Assembly: GCA_964252035.1 (NCBI GenBank)
Contig: OZ176203.1
Direction: 5' to 3' (one strand)
Length of the DNA stretch: 64,000 nucleotides
Source of the DNA: Podarcis erhardii
Lineage: Eukaryota
Positions within the stretch are counted from its first letter, which is position 1; each line of letters starts with the position of its first letter. The position numbers were made by a program, and so were the translations under genes. The notes under the pieces are model-generated. The model had not been told where the DNA came from. It made no database searches and saw nothing but the letters and a program-made list of their open reading frames with translations. Shown one piece after another: positions 35,926 to 49,693 of the stretch.

Positions 35926-36833
35926 GTAAGAGCTCCTGCCACTTGGTGCATCTTGGCTCTTTTCTGATTTAGATAATCTGTTGTCTACACATCAGCTTGA
36001 GCCTCCATCTGGCACACTCTCCAATGTGGGGGAAGCTGGCACACAAAGCTGTTGTTAATGCAGAAACTTCTTAACATTCTCCCCTGTTCCTAGAAGATGG
36101 CTAGAGTTGGTGGCAAGAGTGGCACTTTTCCATACTGCACTGCTTTTTCCCACTCATACAGTTAAAAATTACAAGAGTATGTGAGCCTATGTGCAGCTCC
36201 CACAATGATTTTGTGAAGATTGAGCATTGGAAGAAAGTAGCCAGGAGGTCCCTCTACCCATGTAAGGCCAGGGGAGGGGAGGGGAATAAACATGGCAAGA
36301 CTTGCTAGACTTAAGTTCCCTTTCTGCCTGCTGGTCCCCCCTTGTGCAGGAGAGAAGAGAGAAAACTCAGCCAGAGACATTTAGCTGCCCAGAGGTGATT
36401 CTTACTTGCCTTGGGTCCACTTGGTTAAAGGCTATTTCAAGCCTGATCTCAGGTGCAGTCCAAAGGTGCTCACGGCAAGCTGCCCCAGCTAAAGGAGAGG
36501 AAGCCATTGGAACGCCTCTGCTGCTTCTGAGCAGTAAATGCCCCAGAGAAGCTAAAAGGATGGAAGTGTACATAGATGTAAAGCAATCTAAGCTTTAGAG
36601 GCGAAATGGACAAAAATGTAGTCGCTACACTCCTCATTTTTGCAGCCAAAAACCTTCCTAGACCTTTTTGATAAACCACCCCTGCACTCTCAGTTTGGCA
36701 GCCTTCCACCTGTGGATGGGGTGCAGGTGTGGGATTGTTTTGGGTTCCATAACTAGTCTAGACCTTTTCCTTGGGGGTTGGTGCTGTGATTGAATTCAAA
36801 GATGCCTTTTTAAAATTCACATTCCTCTTCCAG

Positions 36834-36916
36834 AACGTTGCAAGCACAAATCTACAGCACAGAACTTGGTATCTGAGGAGAAGCTTCTAGCAGCGGAGGA
36901 GTTGGAACTAGCCAAG
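36834..36916 (+). CDS. NUMA1: NuMA coding exon 4, RCKHKSTAQNLVSEEKLLAAEELELAK
   Basis: ttccAG / GTATGC, 83 nt, ELELAK motif. Confidence 0.92.
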
Positions 36917-37697
36917 GTATGCACACACCTGCTGCTCTCTCTCTTTAGGGGCTCAGGCTGGCAAGTTAAATCTCATTGTGGGAGATGGTGGTTAGCAGCG
37001 TCAAGAGGACATGCTAATGAGATTCTTAACATGCCCCAGAGGATGAGAGGGTGGTGCTCAAACAGGGCTCAATAAGCTGAAATGCATTAGAAAATAAATA
37101 TTTTAAAGTCATCGACAGAAGAAAACACATTGCAGCTTATAAAACGGGTGAGCGTAATGGTATGAAGGAGCAATCAACAGTACATGGTACATGAATAAAT
37201 ATTGGGAAAGGGAAAAATAATGAACAATGTTATGCGGATGATGATTATATGGAAAGCAAAATAGAATATGAATATGTGACTTTGCTATTAGACTTTGGAA
37301 AGCAATATGCAAGATTAAAGTTAGCCATTGGTGGGTCATATGCTGCCTTCCCCCACAAACTCCACCAGCCCTCTAGATTTCCATCATGAGCTAGTCTCTT
37401 AACCAAAGTTTTATTCCACTCCACAGCTCTCCTAGATCACCTTCACTATGCATGCAGATGTGCCCTCACAGTGAAGTTCATTAACACAAGTCATTGTTTT
37501 AAACACATACAATGGTGGCCTGATAAGTGGGAGGAGCTATTTCCAAATTACGCACCAGGCTTATTTTAGAAAGGTTCTAAGGACATCTGTAGAAAGTGCT
37601 ATACACATCAGAGTTCGCATCTTCTGACGGGCAAAATGCACAGTCTTGCGCTCTCTTTGTATGTATGTTAAATCACTCTGTCTCTGCCGTTGTTCAG

Positions 37698-37778
37698 GTG
37701 GTCATGCTGCTGTTTTACTATGCCTCCATGAGTGATAAGATTCCCAGAGAATGGACCACGGTTGAGTATGATCTCCAG
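37698..37778 (+). CDS. NUMA1: NuMA coding exon 5, VVMLLFYYASMSDKIPREWTTVEYDLQ
   Basis: ttcAG / GTAACT, 81 nt. Homologous to MTMLLLYHSTMSSKSPRDWEQFEYKIQ. Confidence 0.93.
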
Positions 37779-38177
37779 GTAACTCAAACATTCTGCCTCC
37801 AGCTATAGATGCCTTATCAGCTAAGTGACCATTTGGAGCCTGGAAGAACTGTCTGTGGTGATGGTTGTGGGGTGGGTCACGTTCCACAAAGGATAGTCCA
37901 ATCACAAGCTGCAGAGGAGAAAGCTTGCTTGAAGGGCAGGATACCTTCCTCTGGCTTTACATATGACCAGACGTGCCTTTGGCTGGGAACCACAAGTAGG
38001 GAGGGCTACATATTTCCTCCAGTGGGGACATCTGGTTGGCCACTGTGGGAAGAGCCGTATGCTGAACTAGAGGAGCCATTTGCCTCATCCAGCAATGAAG
38101 GCTGCTCTTGGGTTCACAGTTGCTCATTCTGCCCTGTCTCTTCCTCCTCCTCCCCCTCCTCCTCCCTGTTCCCTCAG

Positions 38178-38262
38178 GCGGAGATGGCTAAGTCACTGAA
38201 CTTCATGTTGTACAATGAAGATTGCCTCGGTGAGAATCTGGAGACCTTCCTTCAAAAGAAAA
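38178..38262 (+). CDS. NUMA1: NuMA coding exon 6, AEMAKSLNFMLYNEDCLGENLETFLQKK
   Basis: cctcAG / GTAAGT, 85 nt, in frame. Confidence 0.92.
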
Positions 38263-39405
38263 GTAAGTGCCGGGTGAGCATGCAGGACTGAAATACCTTC
38301 AGGGGCACAAGGTTGCCCTGCTGACTTCAGTGGCTCAACCCAGATCAGGCCACACAGTTTGATCTCATGGCTGCCACACTGCAGGTTTGTTGGAACAGCA
38401 GTGAGCAGCTGGAGGGGGGCAGAGGTTCCTATACAGTGAGTCTAAAGAGGATAAAGACTGAGTCACTAGTTGGGGGTGGCATTATTTGGTGAGCTATCTG
38501 TTGAGGTGCAAGTGTTCTTGGTGAGGTTAAGGCATTGGTTCAAAAGCTACTGCCTGGCTTTTCCACAGGCTCTTTCAAAGCAAGTAGGAGCCAGGTGGAC
38601 GCATTAGCATGGCAGAATTTACAGAGGTGGGGAGAGTCAAAGGGAACGATGCTGGCTGAGCTCTTGCAAATTGGTCGGAGTGAGCAGGAGCTTTAAGGGC
38701 CGGAAATACTGCATTGATGCAGAATACTGCTGTCCAGAGCTGACAGCCCTTATGTGGCGGCTTCTGAAAAACATTTCCCTGTGGAGGTACTCTGTCTGGC
38801 AGACAAAGCCTCTTCTTGCTTCTGGCCCATTGGCATGCAACATCTGCACACCAGTGATGCACATCTCCAGCCTCAATCAAGTTGTATATCTGCATGCAAA
38901 TGAGTCAGAATAAGATTTTATGCCTTGTAAACTTTACATGTGGGATACAGAGTAAACATCATTATGCAGCCTCTGTATGGGGGCCCTAAACTGCAGAGAA
39001 TCCTGAAAAGTGGTTTTCTCCTTGTCCTCACAAGACACTTTGATTGTGTGTTGTGTTTGCCTTTAGATTGGCTGGCTGTTACTGTCAGTGAAAGGCCCTT
39101 TATGCCTTGGGAACATACTATCTCCCATTTGGTATTCCTGATTCTATAAGCCACTCGTAGCCCCTCTTGCTTGCTTTTTTCTTCCTCCGCTAAAAAAACA
39201 CAACTGAAACATTTTCTTCATAAGCTGGTTGATCTGTCCACTTAATAAACCGAATTGTTCATTCCTTGAACTTCTTCAGCTGACCCAAGCGGGGTGGATG
39301 GGGGGGGTGAATGGACCCTGGGCTTAAGGTTTTGCTTCTTTTGCTTCTTTCTTTGCTGCTGCCAAGCTGGCTCTGACATCCTGCGCACCTTCCCTCTTCC
39401 TCCAG

Positions 39406-39517
39406 TGCCACAATCATCCAGTATCTCCAGCACCAGCTCGGAGGAGACCACCCCACCAAGGCGAGAGGTACACTTCTTGAAGCTGCAGAAAGTCGCTTCT
39501 TCATCCGGCTTGAATAA
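39406..39517 (+). CDS. NUMA1: NuMA coding exon 7, PQSSSISSTSSEETTPPRREVHFLKLQKVASSSGLN
   Basis: ctccAG / GTAAGT, 112 nt, LQKVASSS motif. Confidence 0.93.
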
Positions 39518-40588
39518 GTAAGTTATTGACAAGTTGCTTCCCAGGATTCATGGTTGTGATTCCAGCAGTCTGATGCCACACAGGCAGATGGAAACCCTCC
39601 TTTCAGGGCACTTGCAGGATTTGATATGGCCCCTGCCTGAGGAAACCAAATTCTGTTCCAAGGAGACACCAGATCTCTGCTTTTGATCTAACTAAGTTAC
39701 TTGAGGCTTTTTCCTCAGCTTGTGAAGGTGGAATCTGATTTTTTGTAGAATTCTGAGTTGCCTTTGGAAGCGTGGAATTTGTGGTTTGCACAGAAACTGG
39801 CAGGGAGAGAATAAAGAGGTGGTGAAGAGATGATAAGGAGTTGTATAGGCAGTGAAGCCCCATACCATAATTATTATTATTGCATTATCGCCTGCCCTTC
39901 ACCAGCAGATTCTAGGTGGGTTATAACAAAATAAGACACAGAACTGAAAACAGCTGAAGGAAATTCAGTCGCAGGAATAGGCCGGGTTGTGAAAATATGT
40001 TGTACTTCTGGTCAAGAGCTGGAGTAAAGAGACTTCCTGGGGTATCCAGGTGAGGCCTGGGAACAGAGTTCTTCCTCCACCACAGCACCCCCATGTGGCC
40101 AAGCTGTGTGTCTGCTAAAAACAGAATTGGTGAATCCCATTGTGGTTGCAGGTGGGCTAAGAGACCTTAAATGTCAGTTTGGAAAGCCTATGTGTGCCTG
40201 CTCAATTCATGTTTCTAGTGATATGCCCAAGGAAGGAGGTTACATTTAAGCCAACTTAATGGAAACTTCTAAAAATAGAAGATAATAACATAAAAATGTA
40301 TGCGAATGACAATATATCAAATATCATCTAGATTATAGAGTCAGCTGAGTAGCTGTAAGACTTCACAAGACCTTGGGTCTCTATGGTTCCTTAGATCACT
40401 TAATAACATTTTCATTAGATCTAGGTTCCCCCCACTCCGCACAGTGTTTTTCTGGTGAACAGTTGAAGGGAAACTCAGGAAAATACAGTGCATTCACCTG
40501 AGACAGTTCTTTTAAGCAGCTCTCACTCCAGCCCTTTAAATAGTTCCAAGTAAAATTTTTAAAAGCAATGTTGTTAGGTTCTGCTTCA

Positions 40589-40785
40589 GGGGAAGGGGCA
40601 GTAGCTCCATGGTAGAGAGCCTGCTTTGCATTGAGGAAGCGCCAGGATTAGTCCCCACAGGCACCTCCAGGTGAGACCCCTGCCTGAAATCCTGGAGAGC
40701 CACTGCCAGTCAGTGTAGGCTGTACTGAGCTGGATGGACCAGGGTTTGACTCAGGAACACAGGAAATTGCCTCACACTGCCTGCC
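40589..40785 (+). mobile_element. tRNA-derived SINE (related fragments at ~31190-31265, ~45370-45515 minus, ~62357-62460)
   Basis: tRNA-like head GTAGCTC..TGGTAGAG..CCTGCTTTGC and body CCTGCCTGAAATCCTGGAGAGCCACTGCCAGTCAGTGTAG. Confidence 0.65.
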
Positions 40786-41478
40786 AAGTGGGGCCAGAAG
40801 AATTCTGGAAGCCTGATTGGGAGCGAGTTCTGCCGTCAGCCGTAATGGAAGGTGGGGCATGTCGTAGAGCCTGAACCGTGTCCACTTCTTGGCAGTCTCT
40901 TTGTGATCTCACAGAGGGCCTTGTTCAGCTGAGCTCTCATTGCTGTCTGCAGTGACACAACTGCGGGTGTTGCTGACGTTGGCCGTGCTCTCATTGGCTG
41001 AGTGGCATGGGATAAGCCGGGATTTGAACTCTGCTTCAACCTCTTTGCAGCTTGCATGGTGGTATCCCTGGCTCTCCATTGCTAGTATTTGCTGAACTTG
41101 TGCAGAGAGAAGCTAGGAACAGATGCTTTCGTTGTCTTGCTCTAGACCATCTTCCCTGTTACAATGGCAGGGATGGCTTTCTAAGACCATATTACTTGCC
41201 CTGTAGCCTGAGTGAGGTTAGCACAGCATGTTTGGGGACATTGCAAAACCCATCTCTTTGTGTGTCAGCTAGATAAATGGGATGGCTGGGTCATGTTTCT
41301 TGGCAAAATGTGGAATTTTTAATAGTGCTTGTAGAATCTGTCTGGTTAACCATTTATACTTGTTTCCTTTTGGATGTCATAACATGAACCACATTTTGCT
41401 CAGCAAGCGTTTTGTGCAAGCGTCTTTCACATGTAAAAAATAAAAATTCAAATGCAGATGGCTGGTACTTCTTTGCAG

Positions 41479-41636
41479 GTTGCTCCCTGGCTCCTCTGCC
41501 TCTCCTATGGGTGACATCATGCATTCACCCCAGTTTCAGATAAGGAAGCTGAAGAAGCTGCTGGAAGACGAGAGAGAAAATCGGGATGAGCTGGAACACG
41601 AGCTGGCAGAGAGCCGAAAGCTCGTTGATGAGAAAG
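41479..41636 (+). CDS. NUMA1: NuMA coding exon 8, LLPGSSASPMGDIMHSPQFQIRKLKKLLEDERENRDELEHELAESRKLVDEK
   Basis: ttgcAG / GTGAGG, 158 nt. SPMGDI...PQFQ motif at the start of the coiled coil. Confidence 0.96.
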
Positions 41637-42392
41637 GTGAGGGGGTCAGCCACTGGAGTGGAGTGGTTGCTGCCAAGGCGCTGAGACAAGCAGAGCCCTT
41701 TTCTCAAGCACTTTTTGTGGGAAGAAGCAATGAAAGTGCTCCTGAACCTCTCAGTTGCAGGAAAAGAGGGTGGTAGCAGTGAACCATCGGGGATGGGTGT
41801 GGCGGCAAAAGCAATGCTAGCGGTTCCTTGGAGACTGTAGGTGTGGGTTTTTTCCTGCTGTTTTAACTGATGTTGTATGGCTGCCCTGGGCTCCTAGAGG
41901 GAGCTTGGGACAAAAAAAATTATTAATAGTTGTTGCACTCCACCCCAATCTCAGTGGGCAAGATTCCAGTGGTTCCAGGTCCGCTTACCCAGGGTTCGTG
42001 TTTCCTTTTGGAAATGAGGCACGGCTCAGACTGTGGTGTCTTTAGGATATATGGTTTGTTTATGCATATATACAACCTGAACCTGCGATGGAGGGACTCA
42101 GAGCATTAGCACCACAAAGGGCCTTGTTTGCATAGCTGCAGCCTTGAATTCAAACAAATTCACCATTGTGTGCTGACCCTCTCTCCAGCTTGCTGCCTTT
42201 GCCAGCCTGCAACCATTTTTCATCGCTAGGTCAGATTGCAGCCAACCCTAAAGACTCCACTTTAAACTCTCCCTCTGTCTTCTAACCAACTCTCTCATTT
42301 GCTATCGGCCCAGAGCCCCCTCCTTCTTTAGTTTTCCTAATGGCTTACCTTCCCAGTGTTCTCTAAATGGCTCATCTCCCAAGCTCTTACCT

Positions 42393-42528
42393 CAGGGATA
42401 GGCAAACTCCGGCCCTCCAGATGTTTGGGACTACAATTCCCATCATCCCTAGCTACCAGGACCAGCGGTCAGGGATGATGAGAATTGTAGTCCCAAACAT
42501 CTGGAGGGCCGGAGATTACCTATGCCTG
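42393..42528. mobile_element. 136-bp hAT-type palindromic MITE
   Basis: Almost fully self-complementary; imperfect 8-bp TSD (TCTTACCT / GCCTACCT). Confidence 0.85.
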
Positions 42529-43129
42529 GCCTACCTCATCAGGAAACTGGCCTGGCTTCTATTTTAACATTTACCTTGATTAAATCCCAACCCCTATTGA
42601 ACCCAGGAGTTTTAGGGAAGTCTGGTACCCACAAGTGCATAACATATCATAATCTAACTAGAAGGAATATTATCTAGATAAGAACTTGATGATCTGTTAG
42701 GATCCTAATGGAACTTTCCATGGACTAGAACTTAAAATCCTGCTCCTAATTGTGGTCAGCTGTAGATCCATCTGGCAAACCTCTTTACTGGCCCCACAAG
42801 TTCTCCTTTCTGTTAAAGAGGGCGCATGCCAGACGCAAACTCCCTCACTCTCCTCCCTCCAAATTCTGCAGTCAGATTAAATTTCTGCAAAGTGAGCAAG
42901 TTGCCTAATCCTGCGTTCAGATGCTATTGTTATTTGTCTTTGTTCCCTGTGCTGCTCTGTCTATTGTGCAACCCTGTTGTTGGGTTGCTGGGAGGCAGCG
43001 CAACACACAGCCCATCCAGAGTCGCTGTGTCTAGATGGAGAGGAGCCTGGTTGCTGTACAGGGGGAAGCCACCATGTGCCTTTTAGTTTCTGAATAATCA
43101 GTGCCCTCTCTTCTCCCCTCCTGCTTCAG

Positions 43130-43247
43130 AAACGCGGATCCTGATGATGAAGCAGCGGATCGACCGCCTGACCCTCCTACATGAGAAGCAAGCAGCGGAT
43201 CAGCTGGAATCCAAGGAAATGGAGGAACTCAGAGAAAAAAACGAGAG
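43130..43247 (+). CDS. NUMA1: NuMA coding exon 9, TRILMMKQRIDRLTLLHEKQAADQLESKEMEELREKNE
   Basis: cttcAG / GTACTT, 118 nt, QRIDRL motif. Confidence 0.95.
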
Positions 43248-44107
43248 GTACTTCCTCCCTCGGGCTGGAATGTCCCACTAGGGCAGCCCTTCTGGTTCTC
43301 TTCATTTTGTGTCTTGCTCACTACTTTGAAGACTTAGGTCGAAAAGTGGGATAGAAACCTACTAAATAATACTGATTTGCTCTGTTGGACTTTCCTGGCT
43401 CAGATCTGGGGTGCTGGGTTGTTTTGAAGAAGACTTTGCCGGGTAAGAAAATAGTGCTGGCCTCTGGCTTCACCTGCTGGTCAAAGGTGGTGAGGACACC
43501 TTGGGAACTAGGCAGTTCCCACCGTGCACCTCAGTTGTTCCTACCTTTAATCGAAGCAGCCAGGGTCTCTCCTTAGCTCCTACCCTTTTCATTATCCTTA
43601 TTTGTCTTATTATCTTACTTGTTTTTGCTGCCCTTCACTATCTTTTGTGTGCTGTTTCGGCCTGTAGTGCCTTCCTTGCCATGACTGGTGCCTTTGCCTT
43701 AAAAGGCTCCAACCAATTTGCTCTCCACCCTCCTAGCATCTTTGCTTATCTTGTCTACCCTCCACCTTGTCCTTTCTATCAGCTATGAAGCTCACCCACT
43801 GACCCAGGGCCGGTTGCTGTCTCTGACTTAACCTGCTTCGTAGCATTATTGTCAAGAAAATTCAAAGGATCCATGTGCATTTGCTCTAGACCAGCTCCTT
43901 GAAAGAAAGGAGAGGGAGGAAACGCTGTCAGTGCTCTAGGGACTGTGCCACTGCTGTGGTGTTATAGCATCTGGCACATGGGTGCCATTTAAGAAACAGC
44001 TGAGAGTCATTTGCAAATCTCTTCCCTAGGCACACCTGGCTTTTGATTATATCCTATTATATCCTAGAGATCCATGGTAAGCAGGAACTGATGTGCTCAG
44101 TCTAGGG

Positions 44108-44243
44108 CAGGGTTTCCCAAACTTGGGTCTCTGGCTGTTTTTGGACTACAATTCCCATCATCCCTGACAACTTGTTCTGCTAGCTAGGGATGATGGGAGT
44201 TGTAGTCCAACAAAAGCTGGAGACCCAAGTTTGGGAAACCCTG
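44108..44243. mobile_element. 136-bp hAT-type palindromic MITE
   Basis: TIRs CAGGGTTTCCCAAACTTGGGTCTC; TSD GTCTAGGG / GACTAGGA resembles the NTCTAGAN target. Confidence 0.85.
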
Positions 44244-44793
44244 GACTAGGATTTGTTGGCCCTCTGCTGTTGCTTTGACTAAACCCCCTTTTCAGAAGTT
44301 GACTTGGGCCCTGAGTAAGGGATGCTGGTTTGTCAGCCCCAAAGAGCCTTGTGCGTGGCATCTTTCAAAATCTACTGTATTGGACTTTGGATTTCATAGT
44401 ACTTAAAGGGAGCTGAGCTGTTCTAAGCATGGAGCTCCCTCAAGAAGTCATAGCAGCAGCAGCAGCCCTTAATAGCTGTGGAGCAAGGCAGGCAACCAGG
44501 CTTTCTTTCAACCCAAAGAGCTCTCAGCCTTGTAGTGGAGGCTCAAGCCCCGCCTGTGTGTTGCCTGCTTCCTACGATCATAGAATCTGCAATGCAGGAA
44601 TCTCAGCCGAAGCATCCATGACAGATGACCATCCAGCCTCTGCTTAAAAACCTCCAAGGAAGGAGGTGATCCGCACCCTGTGTTGGGAGAGGTTCCCTGA
44701 GGTGCTGCTCTGCTCTTGGCTCCAGAGCCCAGGCCAAGGGAGGGAGCCACTCTTGCTTCTTGTCATGCCCGCTTCTCTCTCTTTCTCCCTCAG

Positions 44794-44911
44794 CCTCCTC
44801 ATGCGCCTACATGAGACACTGAAGCAGTGCCAAGACCTGAAAACTGAAAAAGGCCAGATGGACCGGAAAATCAACCAGCTCTCAGAAGAGAATGGGGATC
44901 TTGCTTTCAGG
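44794..44911 (+). CDS. NUMA1: NuMA coding exon 10, LLMRLHETLKQCQDLKTEKGQMDRKINQLSEENGDLAFR
   Basis: cctcAG / GTACGT, 118 nt, near-identical to the recalled human segment. Confidence 0.97.
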
Positions 44912-46153
44912 GTACGTGAGCACCTGTTTTCTGTTGCTGCAGCAGCCTTGTAGTCCCCAAATGTGGGGTTGGGGGTGGGAAGAAGCACAATTATACTAGA
45001 CCTGCAGGCTTCCGTTTTGGAAAGGAACTAAGCGAGGTTGAGGTACTGCCTCTGCCTGAAACTCAGGTGACCCTTGATTCCTTTTCTGTGCCTTGAGAAC
45101 CTGGAAAGGGTTCGTTGAGTTTTGGTCTTGGAGCAGAAAGGCATTGAGGTGGCACCCTGGAGAAATGTGCCCTGTTCTCAGCTCATGTGTCATAAGACCA
45201 CAGGGAATCTTGAAACTCAAGTGGTTATTTTGTTTATTTATTAAAAATATTTCTATCCTGCCCTTCATCTATACAAATAGCAAGAAACAGTACATAAAAC
45301 AAACCATATAATAATTACAAAACACAGCATCAGAATAAAGAGAGGCAAGTAAAAACTACAGCAGCAGAGCGGGTTACACAAGTCCCCATGTGAAGGCCTT
45401 AGAGGAACAGAGTCAGGCCACTGGTCCATCTTGTCTGCTCTGACTGGCCGTGGTTCCCTGGGACCCTCAGGTAGACAGAGGGGTCTCTTCCCCATTACCT
45501 TCTCCACCCTGAGCTATGAGGTCCCTTTCGTAAAACCTCGATCCCCCAATTCAAAGCCCCTTAGCAATGCTTATGCTTGTCTTTGAATTGAACACAGGGA
45601 CCTCAGAGGAATCCCAACAAGGCCGACTGAGCTATAACCACCTGTATTCCACCAGTAGCGTCAATACTGTTAGCAGACGGCACAGCTTGGGTAAATTAGA
45701 TTGGAATAATAACTTAATTTCTGGAGTTCAGAGGCTTTATTGATGTAGGAACTATTAATAGGATTTGTGGATCTGCGAGAGATGAAATTTTGCATCCTGT
45801 CTCAACAAGTTGGGAGAAAACAGCAACAAAATTGGTCAGTTTTTAAGCGGTGGAGTTAGCCTATAGAGACTTACAAGCAAGTGCAGGCTAGGTTGCTAGA
45901 CAGTGTCCTCCTGTGGTTTAAAGTAACACGTGAATTGTCTTAGAAGTTCATTGAGAAGGAAATGTTATTTGCTTGTCTCCAACAAATGCCAGCCACATTT
46001 TGCTGCTGCCTTCTTCATCTTTCATTACACACTTGCAGTAGAGGGTTTGTTCTGCACAGTCTGCCACAATTTCAGGGCAGGGGAGTTTGTACCAATGCTA
46101 AAGACAAAGGCAGCAAGTGTCAAATAAATCCTTTCCCTGTTTTTGCAACACAG

Positions 46154-46294
46154 CTGCGGGAATTTGCTCACGTTCACACGGAGCTTCAGGAAGCCATGAA
46201 TGAGCTCTCGGAAGAGCACAACACAGCTCTAAGGGAATGGGAGGAGCGGAGGAGCCGCCTGGAGAGGGAGCTGAGCAGTGCCCTCAGTGAGAAG
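46154..46294 (+). CDS. NUMA1: NuMA coding exon 11, LREFAHVHTELQEAMNELSEEHNTALREWEERRSRLERELSSALSEK
   Basis: cacAG / GTCAGT, 141 nt, phase 0-0. Confidence 0.95.
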
Positions 46295-47525
46295 GTCAGT
46301 GGGCAGGAAGAGACACCCCCCTTCCACCCCCAGGGGGTAAGGCCAGGAGGTCTGTTCTCCTTGTCCATATGGTCATCACCGTCATTGATTTTCTGCAGTA
46401 AAGGATGCTTCAGCCTGCTAACAAATACATAATTTCACTAAGCTACAAAATACAGGATTTTTTAAACAAGTTAATGAAAATGTCTCATTAACAAATAATC
46501 AGATTAAACAACCCCCCTCTAATTCATAAGAAGGCTGAACAACAAAAAGACAAAAAAAAATAAACAGCAAAAACAATGTGCCACCAGAATGAAAGCCCAT
46601 AAACAGCCCCCTGCCCTGATTACCTCTAGACCTCCTGAGCAGCGTGTTTCTCTGGACTGGCAGGTAAGTTGGCCTCTGGCAACTCCAGCAGCAGCTTTTG
46701 TAGTTGGGATCAGTCTTGGCTTTCCCAGGCAGAGTGGAAATAGGCCAGTAAAGTAAGAAGCAGGTTAGATTGGCTCTGGTACCTTCAGCAGTAGCTTTTA
46801 TAGCCCGTAATAGGAATGGCATGAAGAAGTAGGTGCGCCATTTGTACATCCTACAGTGTGCCGAAAAGGGATTTGTAACAACACGGATTGAGTTCCCAGT
46901 GCCTCTGCTTCTGGTCAGGGATATTTGCCTTTCAACAGATGCTTCTGTCATGCTTCCTGGGCTCTGAGTATGCTCAAAACATAGTTGCTGCTTGTGGCTG
47001 CCACTTCTGTTGTGCTCTCCCCCAAGAAGAGCTATTTAAGGGGGTTGTAGGTATGTGCCGTAATGGTGGTGGCTGTTCAGTTGTTATTCTTCACACATTT
47101 CACTCATGAAAGCCCGGCCAGGAGTTCTAACAAGCAGGGAGCCCTCCCCCTTAATGGAGAGGAGGTCATCCCTGGGTTCAGTCTTGGGCAACGGGTTTGT
47201 TTAGGGTGGGGGGAGTGAGTTGCAGATAAGTAATGTGGCTTTTTCCTTGTTGGACACCACACAGTCACATGGGTAGATCCCTGGAAAGGTTCACTAGATG
47301 GAAAAGGAGGAGGCACTGTGTGCTCATTGCCCATGGTCCTTTGCCTCCGTGGACCAGAAGAGGTGTGAGCAGGTGCATCTTCCTCCAGCAGTCAGAGGTG
47401 ATGCGGTCTTCTGTGGCGGTGGCTGTTGCTGGTGGGGGTGGGGGTTGGACCAACTGGGTTGATGGGATGGTTCTTTCCAACTCTGGTTCCACAATTCCAT
47501 TCCCCACTTGTGTCTTGTTCTCCAG

Positions 47526-47651
47526 AGGTGCTTGGAAGAGAAGCTGGAGATTCTGCAGGGAAAGTACTCCTTGCTGGAGGACCAGATGGCGAAGCTAAAG
47601 GAGACCACTTCCTTGCCAGAGAAAGGAGAGGTCATGGGTGACATTCTGAAG
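47526..47651 (+). CDS. NUMA1: NuMA coding exon 12, RCLEEKLEILQGKYSLLEDQMAKLKETTSLPEKGEVMGDILK
   Basis: ctccAG / GTAGGA, 126 nt, EKGEVxGD motif. Confidence 0.95.
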
Positions 47652-47849
47652 GTAGGAGCAGGGCCCTGGTGAGACGGATCCCAGTAGAGAAATGTCACTT
47701 GTCACACGGGGGGCCGGGGCGGTCAGGCGGCTCGCTCTCTGAAACCCTTGATAACGCCTTGTCACCAACTAGTTGAACTGCATGGTTGTATAAAAAGGAG
47801 TGTATATTTCAGGTGCCACATAACACCCCTTCCGCATTTGTAAGAACTC

Positions 47850-48170
47850 TCTTACCTTTTTGAGTGGCAGCACCTGCACTTTGGATCTCCCTGACTGTTG
47901 ACGTCAGGCAGGCACCTTCACTGTACCCTTTTCAGCGCCTGCTAAAAACAGTTTTGTTTAGACAAGCCTACCCGGATGTTTAGAAAGTTGAAGCAAATGT
48001 TAAATCTGTTTTTAGTCTATTGTTCTTTTAACTTTCTGAATGTCCCCCAAAATCATTGTTGCTAATTTTTCTTGGTGATAATTTTGTTTTGTCTTTTGGG
48101 GGGGGGGTCACTCTGAAGGTGTGTGTTTTTTCCACAATCAAGCAGTGTATAAATCTTATGAAATTATAAA
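47850..48170 (+). mobile_element. Old L2 3' end
   Basis: GTCAGGCAGGCACCTTCACTG...GCCTGCTAAAAACAGTTTTGTTTAGACAAGCCTAC encodes an L2 C-terminus-like peptide, followed by a T-rich UTR. Confidence 0.65.
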
Positions 48171-49693
48171 AAAGGGATGTTCTTGATTAAAATATACATT
48201 CATGCTTGTCCCATGTCCTCAGAACAGATATTTTTGTTGAATAAGAGGTGGGGTAACTAATGTTGCCCAATGGACTGGATGAAAAGGTGGCCAAACTCAG
48301 CTGACGGGCATTTGGTGCCAGATTCAAACTGCCAAATGCCAGCTGTGCAGGACACTTGGGATGGCACTTTGAGTGCCTGGCTTCCCATGGTTCCTTGCCA
48401 GCTGTGGCTTTACCTGTCCCAGGCCTGGTGGCATATGACATTGAGTGAGTGGCAAAGGGGTGTGGCTGGCTGGAAAGGGCCTCACGGACCAGGGATTCCC
48501 CACCTCTGAATTAGACTTTAGAGCTAGTTTCTTACGATAAGTGTGCCCACGGGAACTATTTGCCAAGGGATTCTGCATCAGCTCTGCTCGGAGGCACAGG
48601 CCAGTAACTCATCTATGTTAGGCTCGTGGTTTTAGTCATGAAACTCCGTAACGGAAAACCACATCTGGGCAGTTCAGGCCACTCTTTGCAGAGTTAATGC
48701 AGGCACTTGTGGCTTTTTATTGTTAATTCAAAAAAACATTAGCTTCTTTGACTTTTTGCATGTTAACATTGGGTATATTTATAGAGACACTTCCCTAAAA
48801 AAGAGTGTGACTTGAGGGAATTTCTGCCTTCGTTATTGCTAGCAGTCCTAACTAACCACAACACTGTTAACTTGGACCATTGTAAAAATATTTGATTCAG
48901 TTTCTGTTGTTAATGGACTATAACTAACCTGAAAAGTCCCTTCAGTTGTAGGAGTTGTCTCTCTCTGTGTATTCCCAGATATTGTTAGGTGGTGTTTTGG
49001 TCCACTGATTGTTAGCCTGGTCCACTGTATTGCAGTCCACTGTATTGCCTTATCTCTGGACTTGCCTACTCCTTCCGCTCCCTACAGCTTCAGCCTGCCT
49101 TACTGGCCAGTACATGTATCTTGTGGTCCACCCTGAGATCTTTGGATGAAGGGCAGTATATAAAATAAAGTAAGTCTGCCCCTGGCATTTCAAATGCTTT
49201 AGTCAGGCTCTGTTGTCTTTAAAAACAAACAACAGCAGCAAAACAAAAGCCAAACAAACAAATTTAAAACAGCCTCCACATTCATTAAAGGTACGAAGTG
49301 GGGGAAGTGACCTGTGGCATACACAGTCCGGCAGTTTGGATCCTCTGCCTTGGCTGGCTTCTGCTTCCGATAGGCAGAGCTGACGTCTCGAGTGTGGTGT
49401 TGAAGGCTGATGAGTACAAATCATGGCCTTCTGTCTAGGCACAGCCTCATTCTCACTGAGGAGTGGTATGTTCAACTCAACTTGATGCGGAGGTTACTTC
49501 CGGGGATAGCATGTAAACCCAACATCGCAAACAGTCAAAACAACCCTTTAAAGGCCATAAAAAGCACAGGGCTACACTTACTGTACACTCCCAAGGTCGC
49601 CCTGCACACCTGAATGCTCTCCCAGGGCGAGTGCAATGGCAGGTAGGATTGCTGGCTGTCTTCCCCCCTTTTGACTCCCCCACCTCTTCCACA

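Noticed and set aside
45668-45902. Possible second solo LTR starting TGTTAG
   Set aside because: No matching CA end with a TSD could be found.
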